Source: Veleropilina oligotropha (taxonomy: Eukaryota). From it: a DNA stretch of 64,000 nt. This document shows positions 34,462 through 45,800 of this stretch, piece after piece (the stretch's first letter is position 1; every line of letters starts with the position of its first letter). Location: positions 1 to 64,000 of the forward strand of contig JBEUKZ010000132.1 in assembly GCA_048128005.1 (NCBI GenBank). The letters run 5' to 3'. A model generated the notes under the pieces. The model was given only the letters and a program-made list of their open reading frames with translations, made no database searches and was not told where the DNA came from. The position numbers and the translations under genes were made by a program.

Positions 34462-35120
34462 TGTATCTCGAGGACTGCGGAAATAGGCATACCGTGATTG
34501 TCGAGCGGGTTACCATCTGGGTCTGTGACGTACACCTTCAACTCTGTGATTAGGCCGGCCTGCAGTCGCCGGAAGTCTGGATAACTATGATAGTGGGCAG
34601 CTTCGCCGAACATCTGCGACGCTATAGGGACCACCGCGAGAATATTGCTAGGGGCGCCGTCCTTCACGTTGTGTGTTGTACTGAGCTGCTCCAGGTGAAC
34701 GTGTAGGGTCGCTGCAATGGCAAACCCGACAGGCTTGTTCCCGTCATTCGTCGCCATTGCGGCTCATCTGCAGGCTTGTTCTTGTCATAAGTCATAAGTA
34801 GCCACCACCCTGCAAGGGTGAAGCCGAGGAGCTTCCGTATATCGGCGCTGATCGCGAGTCGAGTCCCCTCTGGGACAACGACTCGCGCAAGTCCGGTAGC
34901 ACGGCTTACATCTAGCTGTATGTTAACTAGCGACCTCCTCATAGTCTTGGCGAGGGCATCGAAGCTGTAGAACCCTGGTGCCACCCCCACCGTGGTATCG
35001 GGGGTCTTAAAGAAGGCTCCAGCGTGCACGTTATGCCAGCCGACCCAGTAGTCGAACGAGCGCAGGACGACGCATAGCTTGCCATCCCGGTTATCTATCG
35101 GTTGCAGGAGGGCAACCGCG
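34458..35120 (-). pseudogene. Putative minor capsid protein (penton), frameshifted near 34740, start codon not found
   Basis: Joined reading VALLQPIDNRDGKLCVVLRSFDYWVGWHNVH...VAPGFYSF...RKLLGF / GNKPVGF...LHVHLEQLST...ILAVVP...ITELKVYVTDPDGNPLDNHGMPISAVLEIQ fits the Polinton penton pattern (PGxY, LLGF, C-terminal DxxGxxLD). Confidence 0.7.
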
Positions 35121-36376
35121 TGGTGTACCTATTCGACCGGTGTGGTGTACCCAGCCCGGATAAAGGATGAGCAGCTTACAAGACCAAGCGTCATTGTCTC
35201 CTCGTCTGAATCTCCGGCCTTCGGGGCAGACTACCCAGACGTCTTCCAAAAGTATCGCCTACCAAATGTCGCGAGTGACCGGCTAATACGGGATTGGAAC
35301 AGCACGCCGATGCGGTTTTGGCAGAACCAGGTCAACTTCGCAGTGTGGTGTGCCACAACGGGTTCCGGGATCTCCTCAGAAGACCACTTGAATGCGACCG
35401 ACCCCCTCTCCAGAGCCGTATTCAACTTCCACGTCTACTATCAGGTCAGAAGGGTACTGACCGAAATTCAGCCGCCGCTGCCACAAGACAGGACGTGGGA
35501 TGCATTCGACACCCCGTATGATCGAAGGGCATATGAGAAGATCTGCAGCGAGTTTGGAGTGTCTCCGCACACCGACTGGCGAGTCAAGGGTCCCAACGGC
35601 GGACTAGGCACGGCTTACAGCTACTGGACGAACAATGGCTACCACTCCATCGGACGTGAGTACGATCCCAGTCGAATGTCGTTCACAAAAGGTACGACGA
35701 ATACGAATCTGCACGTGGACTACATCGCGCAAGCGCCTGCGCTTACAAACGGCTGGGCTTCGTTTATTCTGGACACCTCGGCGGGGTTTACGAGGGCCGG
35801 CGTGGAGAGGCTCAATGACTCCATCAGGACCTACGTCTGGGCGATTCTTGGAGCGCAGGCTCAAACGCGTGCAAGTATTCTGGGTAGTGGGACGGCATTT
35901 GACGTGCAGAAACAGTTCCTGGCGAACGTGGAAGATGCCATCGCATCGCCAGTGGACCTCCCAGCAGCAATCAACCGGTACCAAGACGTTTTGCAGTATG
36001 CCAGGTCCAAGGTCGACTTCGTCTTCGGTAAAGGCCTTTATATGGCGCCAAGTGACATGCTCCTGCGAATAGGGCAGGTGGCAGGGTATAACAACGAAAT
36101 CGTAGTTGCCATGGAAGACCAGACACTAGGTCTTAATATGACTGTCAACGCGGCCAGTGTTCCACCCGACGCCACTGGGGAGACTGGAGAAACAGGACTG
36201 GTAATTCCACAAGACGAGGTCGCAGTCTTACGGGCAGATGCTCCGAAGCATCTAAATGCTTCGCCGGCTGTGGCCGCCGGGGGGGGGGGGGGGCAGCTGT
36301 GGCACATGACGAGGAGAAGACCGCACTTATCGTGGGCGGCATTGTCGTTGGCCTAGCGTTCATTTGGCTTACGTGA
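35079..36376 (+). CDS. Viral protein of ~420 aa, unknown function; C-terminal TM anchor reached through a frameshift in a G15 run
   Basis: Long ORF (FWQNQVNFAVWCATTG...YYQVRRVL). After G15 at 36279-36293 the alternative frame reads AAVAHDEEKTALIVGGIVVGLAFIWLT, stop at 36374-36376. True start uncertain. Confidence 0.7.
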
Positions 36377-37655
36377 CCCACTGTCTAGCGGCAATAAGAA
36401 GCAAGCCCCCAACAGATATAATCACAGCCCACAGATTCTCGGCCATCCACGACGCTGTCTTGCCGACCAGGTTGATGAGCCAGGAAAGTAGGCTGCCAAT
36501 CATGCCTGGAAGTGCGGCTGCCACCTTCCCTGCTTGTTTGCCCAGAATCCGACCCAGGGTCCGCAGCTGATTTTTGACCCACTCCTTCACGCCTTTACCA
36601 CTGGGGGGTGGTGGTGTTGGTGCGATGCTCGGCGCTCCGCCTGTTAGGGCTAGTACCAAAGTCGAGATCGCCATGCCAATCGCGGTCAGTATAGTCACGA
36701 TCGTGACCCCCTGCTCGCGGAACAGGGTCCGGACGCGCTCGGCAAGCGTTGTGTCTAAGTGGAGAATCCGACTTATCATCTCTCGGATCTGGCTAATTTG
36801 AGAGCGAAGGGCATCCCGGCTTGACGAGGCTGCCTCTAGGCTGGCTGCTCGTTCATCGTTTAAGGTTCGAAGCCGTTCCGCGATTCGTCGACGGACGAAC
36901 TCCTCCACACCTCCATCATCTGCCTGAGCGAGCTTCCTCTTCTCCAGAGCTATGTGTTCGTCAAGCGCCGTTAGCTTTGCCAAGTTGTTGGTTAGTTCGC
37001 CTCGGATGGTCTGCATCGCCTTGTCCAGCCCGCGAAGCTCACGAAGATTTAATGGGGGGTCCCCCATCGTACTCAAGATCTCGTCAACTTCGGCGTCTGT
37101 GAACTTCGTCTCCATGGTGTGGATTGCAGATGCCGCATCTGTAGCAGTCTGCCCCAAGTCCCGCAGTTCCACGTTGTCTACGTTGGCCGCCGCACCGCTC
37201 AACTCACTATCGGCGGTCTGAAAAGCTGCGACGGCTTTTGAGGCCAGCTTTTGTCCCCCCCCTCCCCGCCTCTCTGGCCGCTTCCAGTCTACGAATCCCA
37301 AACCCTCTCGAATTGCCTTACCCCCACCTTTCCGGTTAGCTAGTGTTGACAAAGCATTGGGTTTTTTGGATCTAGAATTGATGAGATCGATATTTGGATG
37401 GGCCTTCAGTCGCACTCCCTCCCCCTCTACATACTCGAACTGGGCATAATCACGCCACGGGGGTGGGGTCTGCCCCTCCTTCGACAGGGCTTCGTAGTAG
37501 CCATCCACCGCTGACTGAATGATCTCTTGTTGCAGATCGCTGGTTCCTTCCTGTGGCGCCAGAGGCACAAACCCGTCAGTGGATTGTGCCGGCATTGTCA
37601 CATCCTCATCGTAGATGGTGTCGGGATCGAATGCGGGGTTCTCGAATTCCGCCAT
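36369..37655 (-). CDS. Viral coiled-coil protein with C-terminal hydrophobic/amphipathic helices
   Basis: Intact 428-aa ORF with heptad region, GVTIVTILTAIGMAISTLVLAL, amphipathic GMIGSLLSWLINLVG and terminal LWAVIISVGGLLLIAA. Confidence 0.8.
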   Translation of the reverse strand: MAEFENPAFDPDTIYDEDVTMPAQSTDGFVPLAPQEGTSDLQQEIIQSAVDGYYEALSKEGQTPPPWRDYAQFEYVEGEGVRLKAHPNIDLINSRSKKPNALSTLANRKGGGKAIREGLGFVDWKRPERRGGGGQKLASKAVAAFQTADSELSGAAANVDNVELRDLGQTATDAASAIHTMETKFTDAEVDEILSTMGDPPLNLRELRGLDKAMQTIRGELTNNLAKLTALDEHIALEKRKLAQADDGGVEEFVRRRIAERLRTLNDERAASLEAASSSRDALRSQISQIREMISRILHLDTTLAERVRTLFREQGVTIVTILTAIGMAISTLVLALTGGAPSIAPTPPPPSGKGVKEWVKNQLRTLGRILGKQAGKVAAALPGMIGSLLSWLINLVGKTASWMAENLWAVIISVGGLLLIAARQWVT

Positions 37656-37694
37656 TTGAATACAACCAGAGGGGTACGCATCTAAAACGACAAC

Positions 37695-38999
37695 ATGGCC
37701 AGCCTATACGGACGCACGTTGGATCCATACCACAGACTACGAGAGCCCCTCGGGGTGAAAGGGGTCCGCCAGTCGGTCACGATAACAAACAACCCATCCA
37801 CGATTGCCGCAAACCAGCAGCTGCTGGTCAGGTTTCCCAATCTCGGGACTCATGACGTGATCGTTCCAGGGACTGCCCACCTCGCATTCACCATTTCGCT
37901 GACCTCGGCTAACCCGAATAGGACCGTAGTTCAGAACATCGGACGCGCCGTGGTGAAAAAGACCACGATAAAGATCAGTGGAAACGAGATCTTGTCGATT
38001 GACGACTCCGACGTTTATCACTGCTACTGTGACCTCTGGAAGACCCCACAGGAACGCAATAGCGCCCACTACCAGGGGATTGATACCAGCGACGGACGCA
38101 ATACTACGAAAAACCGTATCGGCGCAACCGACGCATTCCGACTTTCTGAGGACTTGGCCATCTCGGACGCTTACGGTCCGAGGTTCCACATCCCGCTGGA
38201 TTTCGAGTTGCTGGAGAGCCATATGCCGTTCTACCAAAGTGCCCTTGGAGACCGTCTTGAGTACGAACTCACGTTCAATGATCACTCAAGGACGATCCGG
38301 GACACCGATGACCCCGGTTCCAGCTACAGCATCGATAACATTAGCCTGGAGTATGACATGGTCACTAATCTTGATCTTGCCAGGCTGATTCGTAACCAGT
38401 ACTCGGGCCGCATCGCCATCCTCTACGACCGTGTGCTCCGGCATCGTAAGCTCACCAAGGACAAGAGCGACACGCTGTGGAATCTGAACCTGAACGTTCC
38501 AGCGAGGTCCATGAAGGGGATCGTACTTCTGTTTGAGGATCCCGCGAGAGACGCCGCACCATTCGCGAGGGACACCGAGGCCTTCTGCAACCCGAAAATC
38601 ACCAAGGTCGAGGTCACCATTGAGGGGGTCCCGAATCAAATCTACAGCCAGGGCATGCGTTCCCACCAGATGTGGGACGAAGCTAGGAAGCTGTTCGCCT
38701 CCAACCCGATCAGCAAGCGGCATCCTGAGGTGGCGCTGGTTGCCAAGGATTTGGCTCTGGCAGACGTCACCCTGGGCCAGTTCTTGACGAAAAAGTTTGC
38801 CCTATGGATAGACCTGAGGGTCATCGACGATGACCAGCTGCACGGGTCAGGCCGGAAGATAGAGAATGCCAGCGAGGGTATCACCATCCAGATCACGAAG
38901 ACGGGTGAAGCAGCCGGCCCGTTGAACGTTTACCTGTACGTGCTAATGGACGCACAGGTCAATATTGAGAATGGACGCTTTGTCACAGCGCTGTACTAG
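37695..38999 (+). CDS. Putative major capsid protein (double jelly-roll)
   Basis: Intact 434-aa beta-rich ORF directly upstream of the packaging ATPase. Its size and patterns (FHIPLDF, LEYELTF, WIDLR, LNVYLYVLMDA) fit Polinton-type MCPs; the fold was not computed. Confidence 0.75.
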   Translation: MASLYGRTLDPYHRLREPLGVKGVRQSVTITNNPSTIAANQQLLVRFPNLGTHDVIVPGTAHLAFTISLTSANPNRTVVQNIGRAVVKKTTIKISGNEILSIDDSDVYHCYCDLWKTPQERNSAHYQGIDTSDGRNTTKNRIGATDAFRLSEDLAISDAYGPRFHIPLDFELLESHMPFYQSALGDRLEYELTFNDHSRTIRDTDDPGSSYSIDNISLEYDMVTNLDLARLIRNQYSGRIAILYDRVLRHRKLTKDKSDTLWNLNLNVPARSMKGIVLLFEDPARDAAPFARDTEAFCNPKITKVEVTIEGVPNQIYSQGMRSHQMWDEARKLFASNPISKRHPEVALVAKDLALADVTLGQFLTKKFALWIDLRVIDDDQLHGSGRKIENASEGITIQITKTGEAAGPLNVYLYVLMDAQVNIENGRFVTALY

Positions 39000-39603
39000 A
39001 CGGTTCCCGCACACCAAGGACCCCCACTCCGCGATCATATGCGGCCAGACCGGTTGTGGGAAGACGGTTTTCATGCTTGAACTGCTGAAAGGAGTCTATC
39101 GGGGGGTGTTCCGGCACATCGTAATTCTCTGCCCCACGATCAAGTACAACAAAGCCTACCAGTCATGTCCATGGATCTGGACTGACCCTGAGGTGTACAT
39201 AATCCCCCCTGGTGAGCGACTCCATGACTGGTTGCGGGGGTTCTACCGGCTTTTCCAGGGGGAGCCTACTTTGTATATAATCGATGACTGCGCCGCCAGC
39301 AAAGCCCTCGCCAAGAGGAGGGACACTCTGACGGAGCTGGCCTTTAGTGGAAGGCATGCCTCCCAGAGTGTATGGGTGGTGACGCAGAAGTACAACTCGG
39401 TCCTGAAGGAGTATCGCGAACAGATCCGCTGGATCGCGCTGTTTCATTGTAAGGACCGGGACTCGTTCGAGGACTGTCTGCGCGAGAACGACGTAATCCC
39501 ATCGCAAGATGAACGGACTGCGGTGCGAGGGCTGTTAGCCGAGACCTGACACCTCAAGCTTCTGTTGAAAACTGATCAGCCCGTTGCTTATAGCGTGTTG
39601 TAG
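38971..39603 (+). CDS. A32/FtsK-like DNA packaging ATPase with a premature TGA near the C-terminus
   Basis: Walker A GQTGCGKT, Walker B YIIDD, SGRH and VVTQ motifs. After TGA at 39547-39549 the frame continues HLKLLLKTDQPVAYSVL to a TAG. The ATG overlaps the MCP 3' end. Confidence 0.9.
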
Positions 39604-39677
39604 CAGCTACTTAGCAAGCTAGGCATCTACCAGGCATCTCCTAGCACCTACCAGGCATCTACTGAGCAAGCTCTCAC

Positions 39678-40480
39678 ATGTCGGACGCGGTATACATATT
39701 CTGTGCTTGCAGCCAGGGCCTGCTGTTGTTGCTGCAGGTAGCATTGTGGTCCTGGCTGTACTACGGTTATATTAGACCGGCGCGGAGATGTTGGAAACGC
39801 TTGAGGATGGACAGCCTCATCGATCAACTCATGGATGACGAGGAAGAAATGACCACACCGGTCTGCCCCGGGGGGGGGCCCCACCCCCCTCCCGCTCCAC
39901 GACCTCCGGCAAGGAACCTGTCAGTAACTCCGGCACGGCAAAGAAACGGGAGAGGCTCGCAGCATTAGCCGTTGGAGGGGAAGCCCACCGGTACCTGGGG
40001 CGAAACATCATGGTGGACCGAATCGACGCCATGACCGCCGAAGAGGTTGATAGACACCACGCGAGGTATGAAGCGAGGCTCGGCGCCGAGATGACGAAGA
40101 CCCTGGGGACTGCGGCGATACACCTGTATGCGGGGGCAGCTGGGATGTTCTTGCCCATTCCACCGGAAAACCAAATACGGCTGATCGCCGACCTGGAGGC
40201 CGACCCATTCATCAGCCATGCACTCCACGGTGTCAGCTGCGAGTTGTATCACCAGTATGGAATGTTTCTAGCCCCGCTGACCGACTCGTTGACCACGGCT
40301 AAGCACTGCCGATTTGGACACGTCTGCCCCCCCCCCCCCAAGATACCGCGAGAGCGAGATCAAGATGACGACGCCGGAAACGGACCAGCCGATAGAGAGG
40401 GTGACCCAGCCGATAGAGACAATAGAGAGGGTGACCCAGCCGATAGAGAGGGTGACCTCTTCTTCGGGGAAGGACCCTAA
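39678..40480 (+). CDS. Viral protein with N-terminal hydrophobic segment, frameshifted at a G9 run (39870-39878)
   Basis: ORF 39678-39968 and ORF 40010-40480 join through an open frame reading ...TAKKRERLAALAVGGEAHRYLGRNIMVDRID... Confidence 0.6.
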
Positions 40481-40868
40481 GAAGGTGGCTGCAGGTCGGG
40501 CCGGTGCTGCTGCTCGGAAAGCCAAACAGGAGAGGCTACTTGCTGATATTAGACAACTCAACGAAGACACTCGGCAAGTATCTGTCAGCAAAGTTCCTTC
40601 AGAACTGCCGGAGGCACCACACAGTACCCCCCCGGGGGCCGCGATGACCGCGGTCGAAAAGTCAGATACGCGGAAATTGGACCCAGCATTTAATTGGGCC
40701 CCAACCCTCTTTGCTGCAGGCGGGGTTGCGTTGTTATTTGTTGTCAGGAAACGCAGCAGTGGTCCATCCACACCACATCAACAGCCACCAGCACAGGCGA
40801 GGCAGCCCCGGGCTCCCCCAGCCACCATCGAATTGGAGACTAGGCACAACCCTTTCGATATGCGATAG
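40365..40868 (+). CDS. Viral protein with QPIERVT repeats, a basic helix and a TM segment
   Basis: MTTPETDQPIERVTQPIETIERVTQPIERVTSSSGKDPKKVAAGRAGAAARKAKQERL...WAPTLFAAGGVALLFVVRKR. Confidence 0.65.
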   Translation: MTTPETDQPIERVTQPIETIERVTQPIERVTSSSGKDPKKVAAGRAGAAARKAKQERLLADIRQLNEDTRQVSVSKVPSELPEAPHSTPPGAAMTAVEKSDTRKLDPAFNWAPTLFAAGGVALLFVVRKRSSGPSTPHQQPPAQARQPRAPPATIELETRHNPFDMR

Positions 40869-40880
40869 TCGCAGTACAAC

Positions 40881-41120
40881 ATGACTACCCCGATTACTGA
40901 TGGAAAGATGCTCGGCAACGCCGTCTATCATTCGGCCATAGTGTCAGGCCTCGCCATAGGCTACTCACGCCTGGTAAAGATGGCCTTCAAGGGAGCGAGC
41001 CCCAAACTTGACTTCACGGGTTACGATGTTGGGATGGTCGTCCTCGACGTAGCGCTCGCCATGGCGACGAAGGATATGCTGATTAAGCAGGGCATCATAC
41101 CCGCCGACGTTTTGAAGTAG
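40881..41120 (+). CDS. Small hydrophobic viral protein, 79 aa
   Basis: Intact ORF in the co-directional cluster, ACAACATG start context. Confidence 0.7.
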   Translation: MTTPITDGKMLGNAVYHSAIVSGLAIGYSRLVKMAFKGASPKLDFTGYDVGMVVLDVALAMATKDMLIKQGIIPADVLK

Positions 41121-41150
41121 TGGGACCTGCTAGATAATCGCAGCATTTCA

Positions 41151-41582
41151 ATGGCTTCCATTGCGATGCTGGTTGGGGGCGCTCTCGTCAACGCCCTCGC
41201 CTTCAGCGGGTCGAACTTCCTGTTCTCGAAGCTACGCAGCTCCGGTGTTGATGAGGAGCGTAAACGACACGACAAAGCCATAGAGCAGCTCCAAGCCGCT
41301 CAGACTACATGGTCCCAAAAGAGGGCAGAGCGTCTCGATTGGCTTAACGTTGAACTTCGCTGCCAGGGTCATGCCGTTGGCACATTCCGGGATGTTGACG
41401 CCGCTATCCGTGAGTATGCCTTGATCACCGGCAAGAACCTTGACCCCGGTTTGGGGGGTGGCCCTGAGCCCGCCCTGTCCGACTACTACACGCCGAGTGA
41501 TGACCAGAAAAAGCGTGAGATCACCTTCGTCATCCTGGGGATGGCTGCGACCGGGTTGGTAGCCTACAAGCTCCTACCCTAA
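41151..41582 (+). CDS. Small viral membrane protein, 143 aa (N-terminal hydrophobic helix, coiled coil, C-terminal TM)
   Basis: MASIAMLVGGALVNALAFSGSNFLF...EERKRHDKAIEQLQ...ITFVILGMAATGLVAYKLL. Confidence 0.75.
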   Translation: MASIAMLVGGALVNALAFSGSNFLFSKLRSSGVDEERKRHDKAIEQLQAAQTTWSQKRAERLDWLNVELRCQGHAVGTFRDVDAAIREYALITGKNLDPGLGGGPEPALSDYYTPSDDQKKREITFVILGMAATGLVAYKLLP

Positions 41583-41619
41583 TTTTCGGTGGACATTTTT
41601 TTCGTGGACATGCATAATA

Positions 41620-41874
41620 ATGGGGCTCCCAGAAGAGCTGTACTTTGCCTTGCTAGAGGTGGGCCTTGGTACTACGTCACTCGACTGCTGGCGGCGCAAC
41701 GAAAAGACTATGGTTCGGTTCGCGGTCATGGTGCTCTCGGGCCCGACCAACCTACGGGCGACGACTGGGCAGCTTCCAGAGGCGGAAGCTGAAGCCTGTT
41801 GGAGACTGATCACGTTGCTGGAATACCTTGCAAGCCTCGATGGCAGCGAAGAGACAAAAGCCCCTGACGGCTAA
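41620..41874 (+). CDS. Hypothetical viral protein, 84 aa
   Basis: Fills the gap and overlaps the integrase start; no recognisable motif. Confidence 0.45.
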   Translation: MGLPEELYFALLEVGLGTTSLDCWRRNEKTMVRFAVMVLSGPTNLRATTGQLPEAEAEACWRLITLLEYLASLDGSEETKAPDG

Positions 41875-42817
41875 AGCACTCGACGAAACCCTCCGCAAGT
41901 ATTACTACACAGTTGGGGGGTTCCAGGGCGTCTCATCTCTGCACTCAAGGCTTCCAAAAGGCGCAGCCTCAATAAAACGAATAAGGGCATGGATCTCGGC
42001 ACAGGAGGTTGGTCGGTACATGCAGACGAAACCCCCTAGATAAGTCTTTGCCCGTTTCACAGAGGACAGGCCCGGCGTGATCCACCAGGCTGATCTTCTC
42101 TATCTCCCACATGACAAGGTCGGCCGTAAAACGTACAAGTATGCGTTGACCTTGGTCGACGTGGCCTCTCGCTACAAGGCGGCCAGACCACTAACATCGA
42201 AATCGGCCAGCGAAGTAGCCAGGGCGTTTGCTGACATCTACAAGACCAACCCCCACCGCTTAACTTGGCCAAAAACGCTAATGGTGGATGACGGGCACGA
42301 ATTCAAGGGGGAAGTATCCACTCTTCTAGGGAAGCACGGAGTTGATATACGACGCGCAGAGCCGGGTCATCACCGATCGCAGGCATTTGTTGAGTCATTC
42401 AACCGCCGGCTGGCTGAACGACTATTCAGGAAGCAAGCGCATGAAGAGCTGAACAGCGGCCGGGACAACCGCCAGTGGGTGTCCGTTCTTCCAGCTGTAG
42501 TAGCAGATATGAATGCGACGCCAACACGACTAACCGGTCTTCCTCCAGCGAAGGCAGCCAACATGTCTCAGGTGCCGCTAGTGGCGTCCAAACTACCCCC
42601 CACACCCGAAACGGTGTTACCTATCGGCATGATGGTTTACCTCACCACAAACGAAGAAGACCCGAAAGATACCGGGCGCCGTCGTGCAACGGATCCATGG
42701 TGGACACATAAGCCCTACCCGATTCGCCATCGCGTATCGGAACCCCACCAACCCGCGCTCTACTACACGGCATTCTCAAAGCATGGGTTCACACGGTCGC
42801 AGCTGAGACCTGCCTAG
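41840..42817 (+). CDS. Retroviral-type (rve) DDE integrase with one in-frame stop (TAA 42041-42043)
   Basis: ORFs 41828-42043 and 42077-42817 share a frame. Motifs YYYTVGGFQGVSSL, HQADL (D), LMVDDGHEF (D), FVESFNRRL (E) and MNATPTRLTGLPP; no chromodomain evident. Confidence 0.9.
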
Positions 42818-45800
42818 TGCTTGTGTCGGCGATTACAGGACAGGCATGTCAACCGGACGTTCCACTTGTAATGACCCTGACTGTCATCCAGGCGGTCGAT
42901 GCTGAACGTCTGCCCGTGGCATTTCGTGTAGCCCTGAAGAAGGAGAGTACGATGGCAGACCATGCACTTCTTTTCTGCGGCGTCGATCATGTCGAGCACG
43001 TGGTTGACGGTGAGGGTATGGCATGCTCCAGTGTATTGGGGTCGTTTCTTTTGGCGATCCTCAACCACGTAGCGCTTGAGCCTTGCGGCGATGAGCTCTC
43101 GCGAAGGTGTGGCCTGCTGATCGGTGGGAGTTAAATCACCCGGAGCGTCGTCAGGCAGCAGAACCCGTACAATCTGATCCATCAACCGGGCCCGGCTCAC
43201 TGCTGTGTAGACGGCGTTGCTCACCCAGCCACTCAGACCGTGGTCGACGATGTATAGGCACCTGGGTGGTTGGATGGTCTTCCCTCGCACCTTATGCACC
43301 GTCCCCCACCCCGCATATTTCCACTCAAGCGGTAGCCCGTTCTCGACTATTTCAAGGGGGACTTTGACGATGGTCCCTCGATAGGCCGGCACGGTTTCTC
43401 GACTACCAGGTATCGCTATCGGCCGACCCTGCTTGCGGTACCGGTACGAGATGCTATCGTCCGGGTCGAATCGAATATTAGCAGGAATCCGGGGGTGTGT
43501 CCTTCTGTGCTGCCAGAGCAGCTGAGTCTGGACCTGCGCGCATAGAGCGTTCGTGGAGCAGATCCAGATGTCATCGGGATTGGTGCGGCCTACAGCTTCT
43601 ACGAACGGCGTTGCGGCCAACTTATCTCTGAAGACGTTGAGCTGTTGCTGGTCATTAGCGCACCACATCCGTGCCTTCACGTCGTGCAACGCTGACGTTG
43701 GCCCATGTTGACAGCGACAGCAGGACCACGGCTCGCCACACGCCTCACACAGGCACCTATAGTCAGTGTCAAACCACCGCAGGTTCTGGTTGGGGGACGA
43801 GGACGAGGCCCAGTCTGTTAACATGTGGTGAGGGCCTTCTTTATCGCCCCATGGCGGGATCTGCCCCATATCCCCGACGCAGATGATTTGACACGGCCTA
43901 CGGGCGAGATAATCAAGGACGGTCATCAGGGTCTTCATGGGGATTTTGCAACATTCGTCAATGACGATAACCTCGGCTAGGTTATCGAGTCGGTGTCCCA
44001 GGGCGGCCGGGTCCCAATCCTCGATCGGCTTTCCGATGGGTAGACATAGGTAGTGGTGGATCGTCTGGACTTGTGCATGCTGGAGACCCAGTCTCGGGTT
44101 GTTGCGGTGTTCTTGGGCGATGTCGTTCTCGGGGGTGAGCACCACCAGCTTCCGGCCACGAAATGTCTGCACCGCCCACTCGGTTTTTCCACTGCCGCCT
44201 TGACCTGCGAGGTATAAACGTCGCGAGGTGGCCGCGCTGATATCGGAAGGGAACGGATGGGCGTTCACCCCACCCGGGGGGGGGGGGGGGGGCAAGTCGA
44301 GACGACCAGCATGCTCTATCGTCCAAGCAGCAGCCTCTGGGCGCCACTCGTATCCCGGGCCTTTATGTCGCCATTGCCCATACCTAGGCTGGTCTGGGAC
44401 CAACATATGTTCGACCGATTCGGGTAGGCTCTTGACGTAAATGGCATCGGTGCAGACATGAAGGACATCCTCTCGTGGGAACCATCGTAGCATGCGGCGG
44501 AGGGCGATGTTCGTGTATGCGAGTACGAAGGCTCGGATGTGGAACCACTGCGCCCGCCGTCTTCCGTCCTTGTACTGAATGAGGTGGACATTGCCGGCCT
44601 TCTCGAAGTTCAGGAGACGGTCGGTGCCGCCGAGCACATTGGCCAAGTAGGCGGCCTCGTTTGGATCGCGAACTAGGATGCTCGACTCATCACCATGGCG
44701 AGCACACTTGCCAACGAAGCGTACGGCCAGGTCTCTCAAAGGGAACTTGATAGCGGCCTTCGTGCCTACGCTGTATACCGCCTCGCGCGCTGTGACATCC
44801 ACCAGATCACCAGAGTCAACTAAGTCTGCAAGCTCGGGGGTAGTGATCCATCCATGCTTCTCCCGTAGGTGCTCGCCTACGCGACCTATGGTATAGGGGT
44901 GCGTCTCTGGGCTGAATTGCCATGCAGCGAGCTGCACCGCTCCTGTCAGGGTGAGGATATCTCTTATGGACACGCCCTCGACATTCGCTCGACGCATCAT
45001 ACTCGTCGGGAACCCATACTGGCGCACCATATCTATGGATTCTCCAACCACGCCACAGAGGGAGTCTTCGCAGCCAAGGTATGCTGCGCGCATGTCGAGA
45101 TGATAATGAACACGGGTGCCCGCGGCCTCATCATTAGAATTGCAAACCTTGGCCTCAACCTGAGCCGCTCGCCAGGTGTCCAGGTGGTTTGCTGGCGTTG
45201 GCTTGATCTCCTCGTGGGCCAACCACTTCTGGAACCGGTACGACGTGGCCCCACCCATGGAGTGGGAAGCTCGGTGGTATTCCTCTTCAAGCGTCTTAAG
45301 TTCTTCGGGGATTTCGGAAGGATGCCAGTGCGTTTCGTCCTCGAAAGCGCGGTCAATAGCCATACTCTCGGCCCTCGACCTCCACAGGGAACCATCGCTA
45401 CCCACGAGAGCCTGTCCACATACCCAGACCCGGACCGTCGATGGGATGGCCCTGGTGGCAAATGCAATCAGAACCTCTCTGGTAATTTGGTCCATGGTCT
45501 TCTGGGCCGCAGTGGTCTTTGGGGCCGCAATGGTCTTCTGGGCCGCAGACGCAAGGGCCTGTTCTGCGATGTCGTCGATACTGTACACCTGTAAGATCTT
45601 GGGTGGATCGATCGGGATGCTTGCCCACGCGTGGTTGTTATGACACGGCATCTGAATCTTGGACCGGCTCTTGTATTTGCCGCTATCCCATAGAGTGTTG
45701 CCTAACGCGTCGACGGCAACAAGCTTGACTTCGAGAGCCGCTTCAAGGGAGAACATATCCTCGCGTGTGCAGCCCCGGTCTGCAAGCTTCCGGTCGAACA

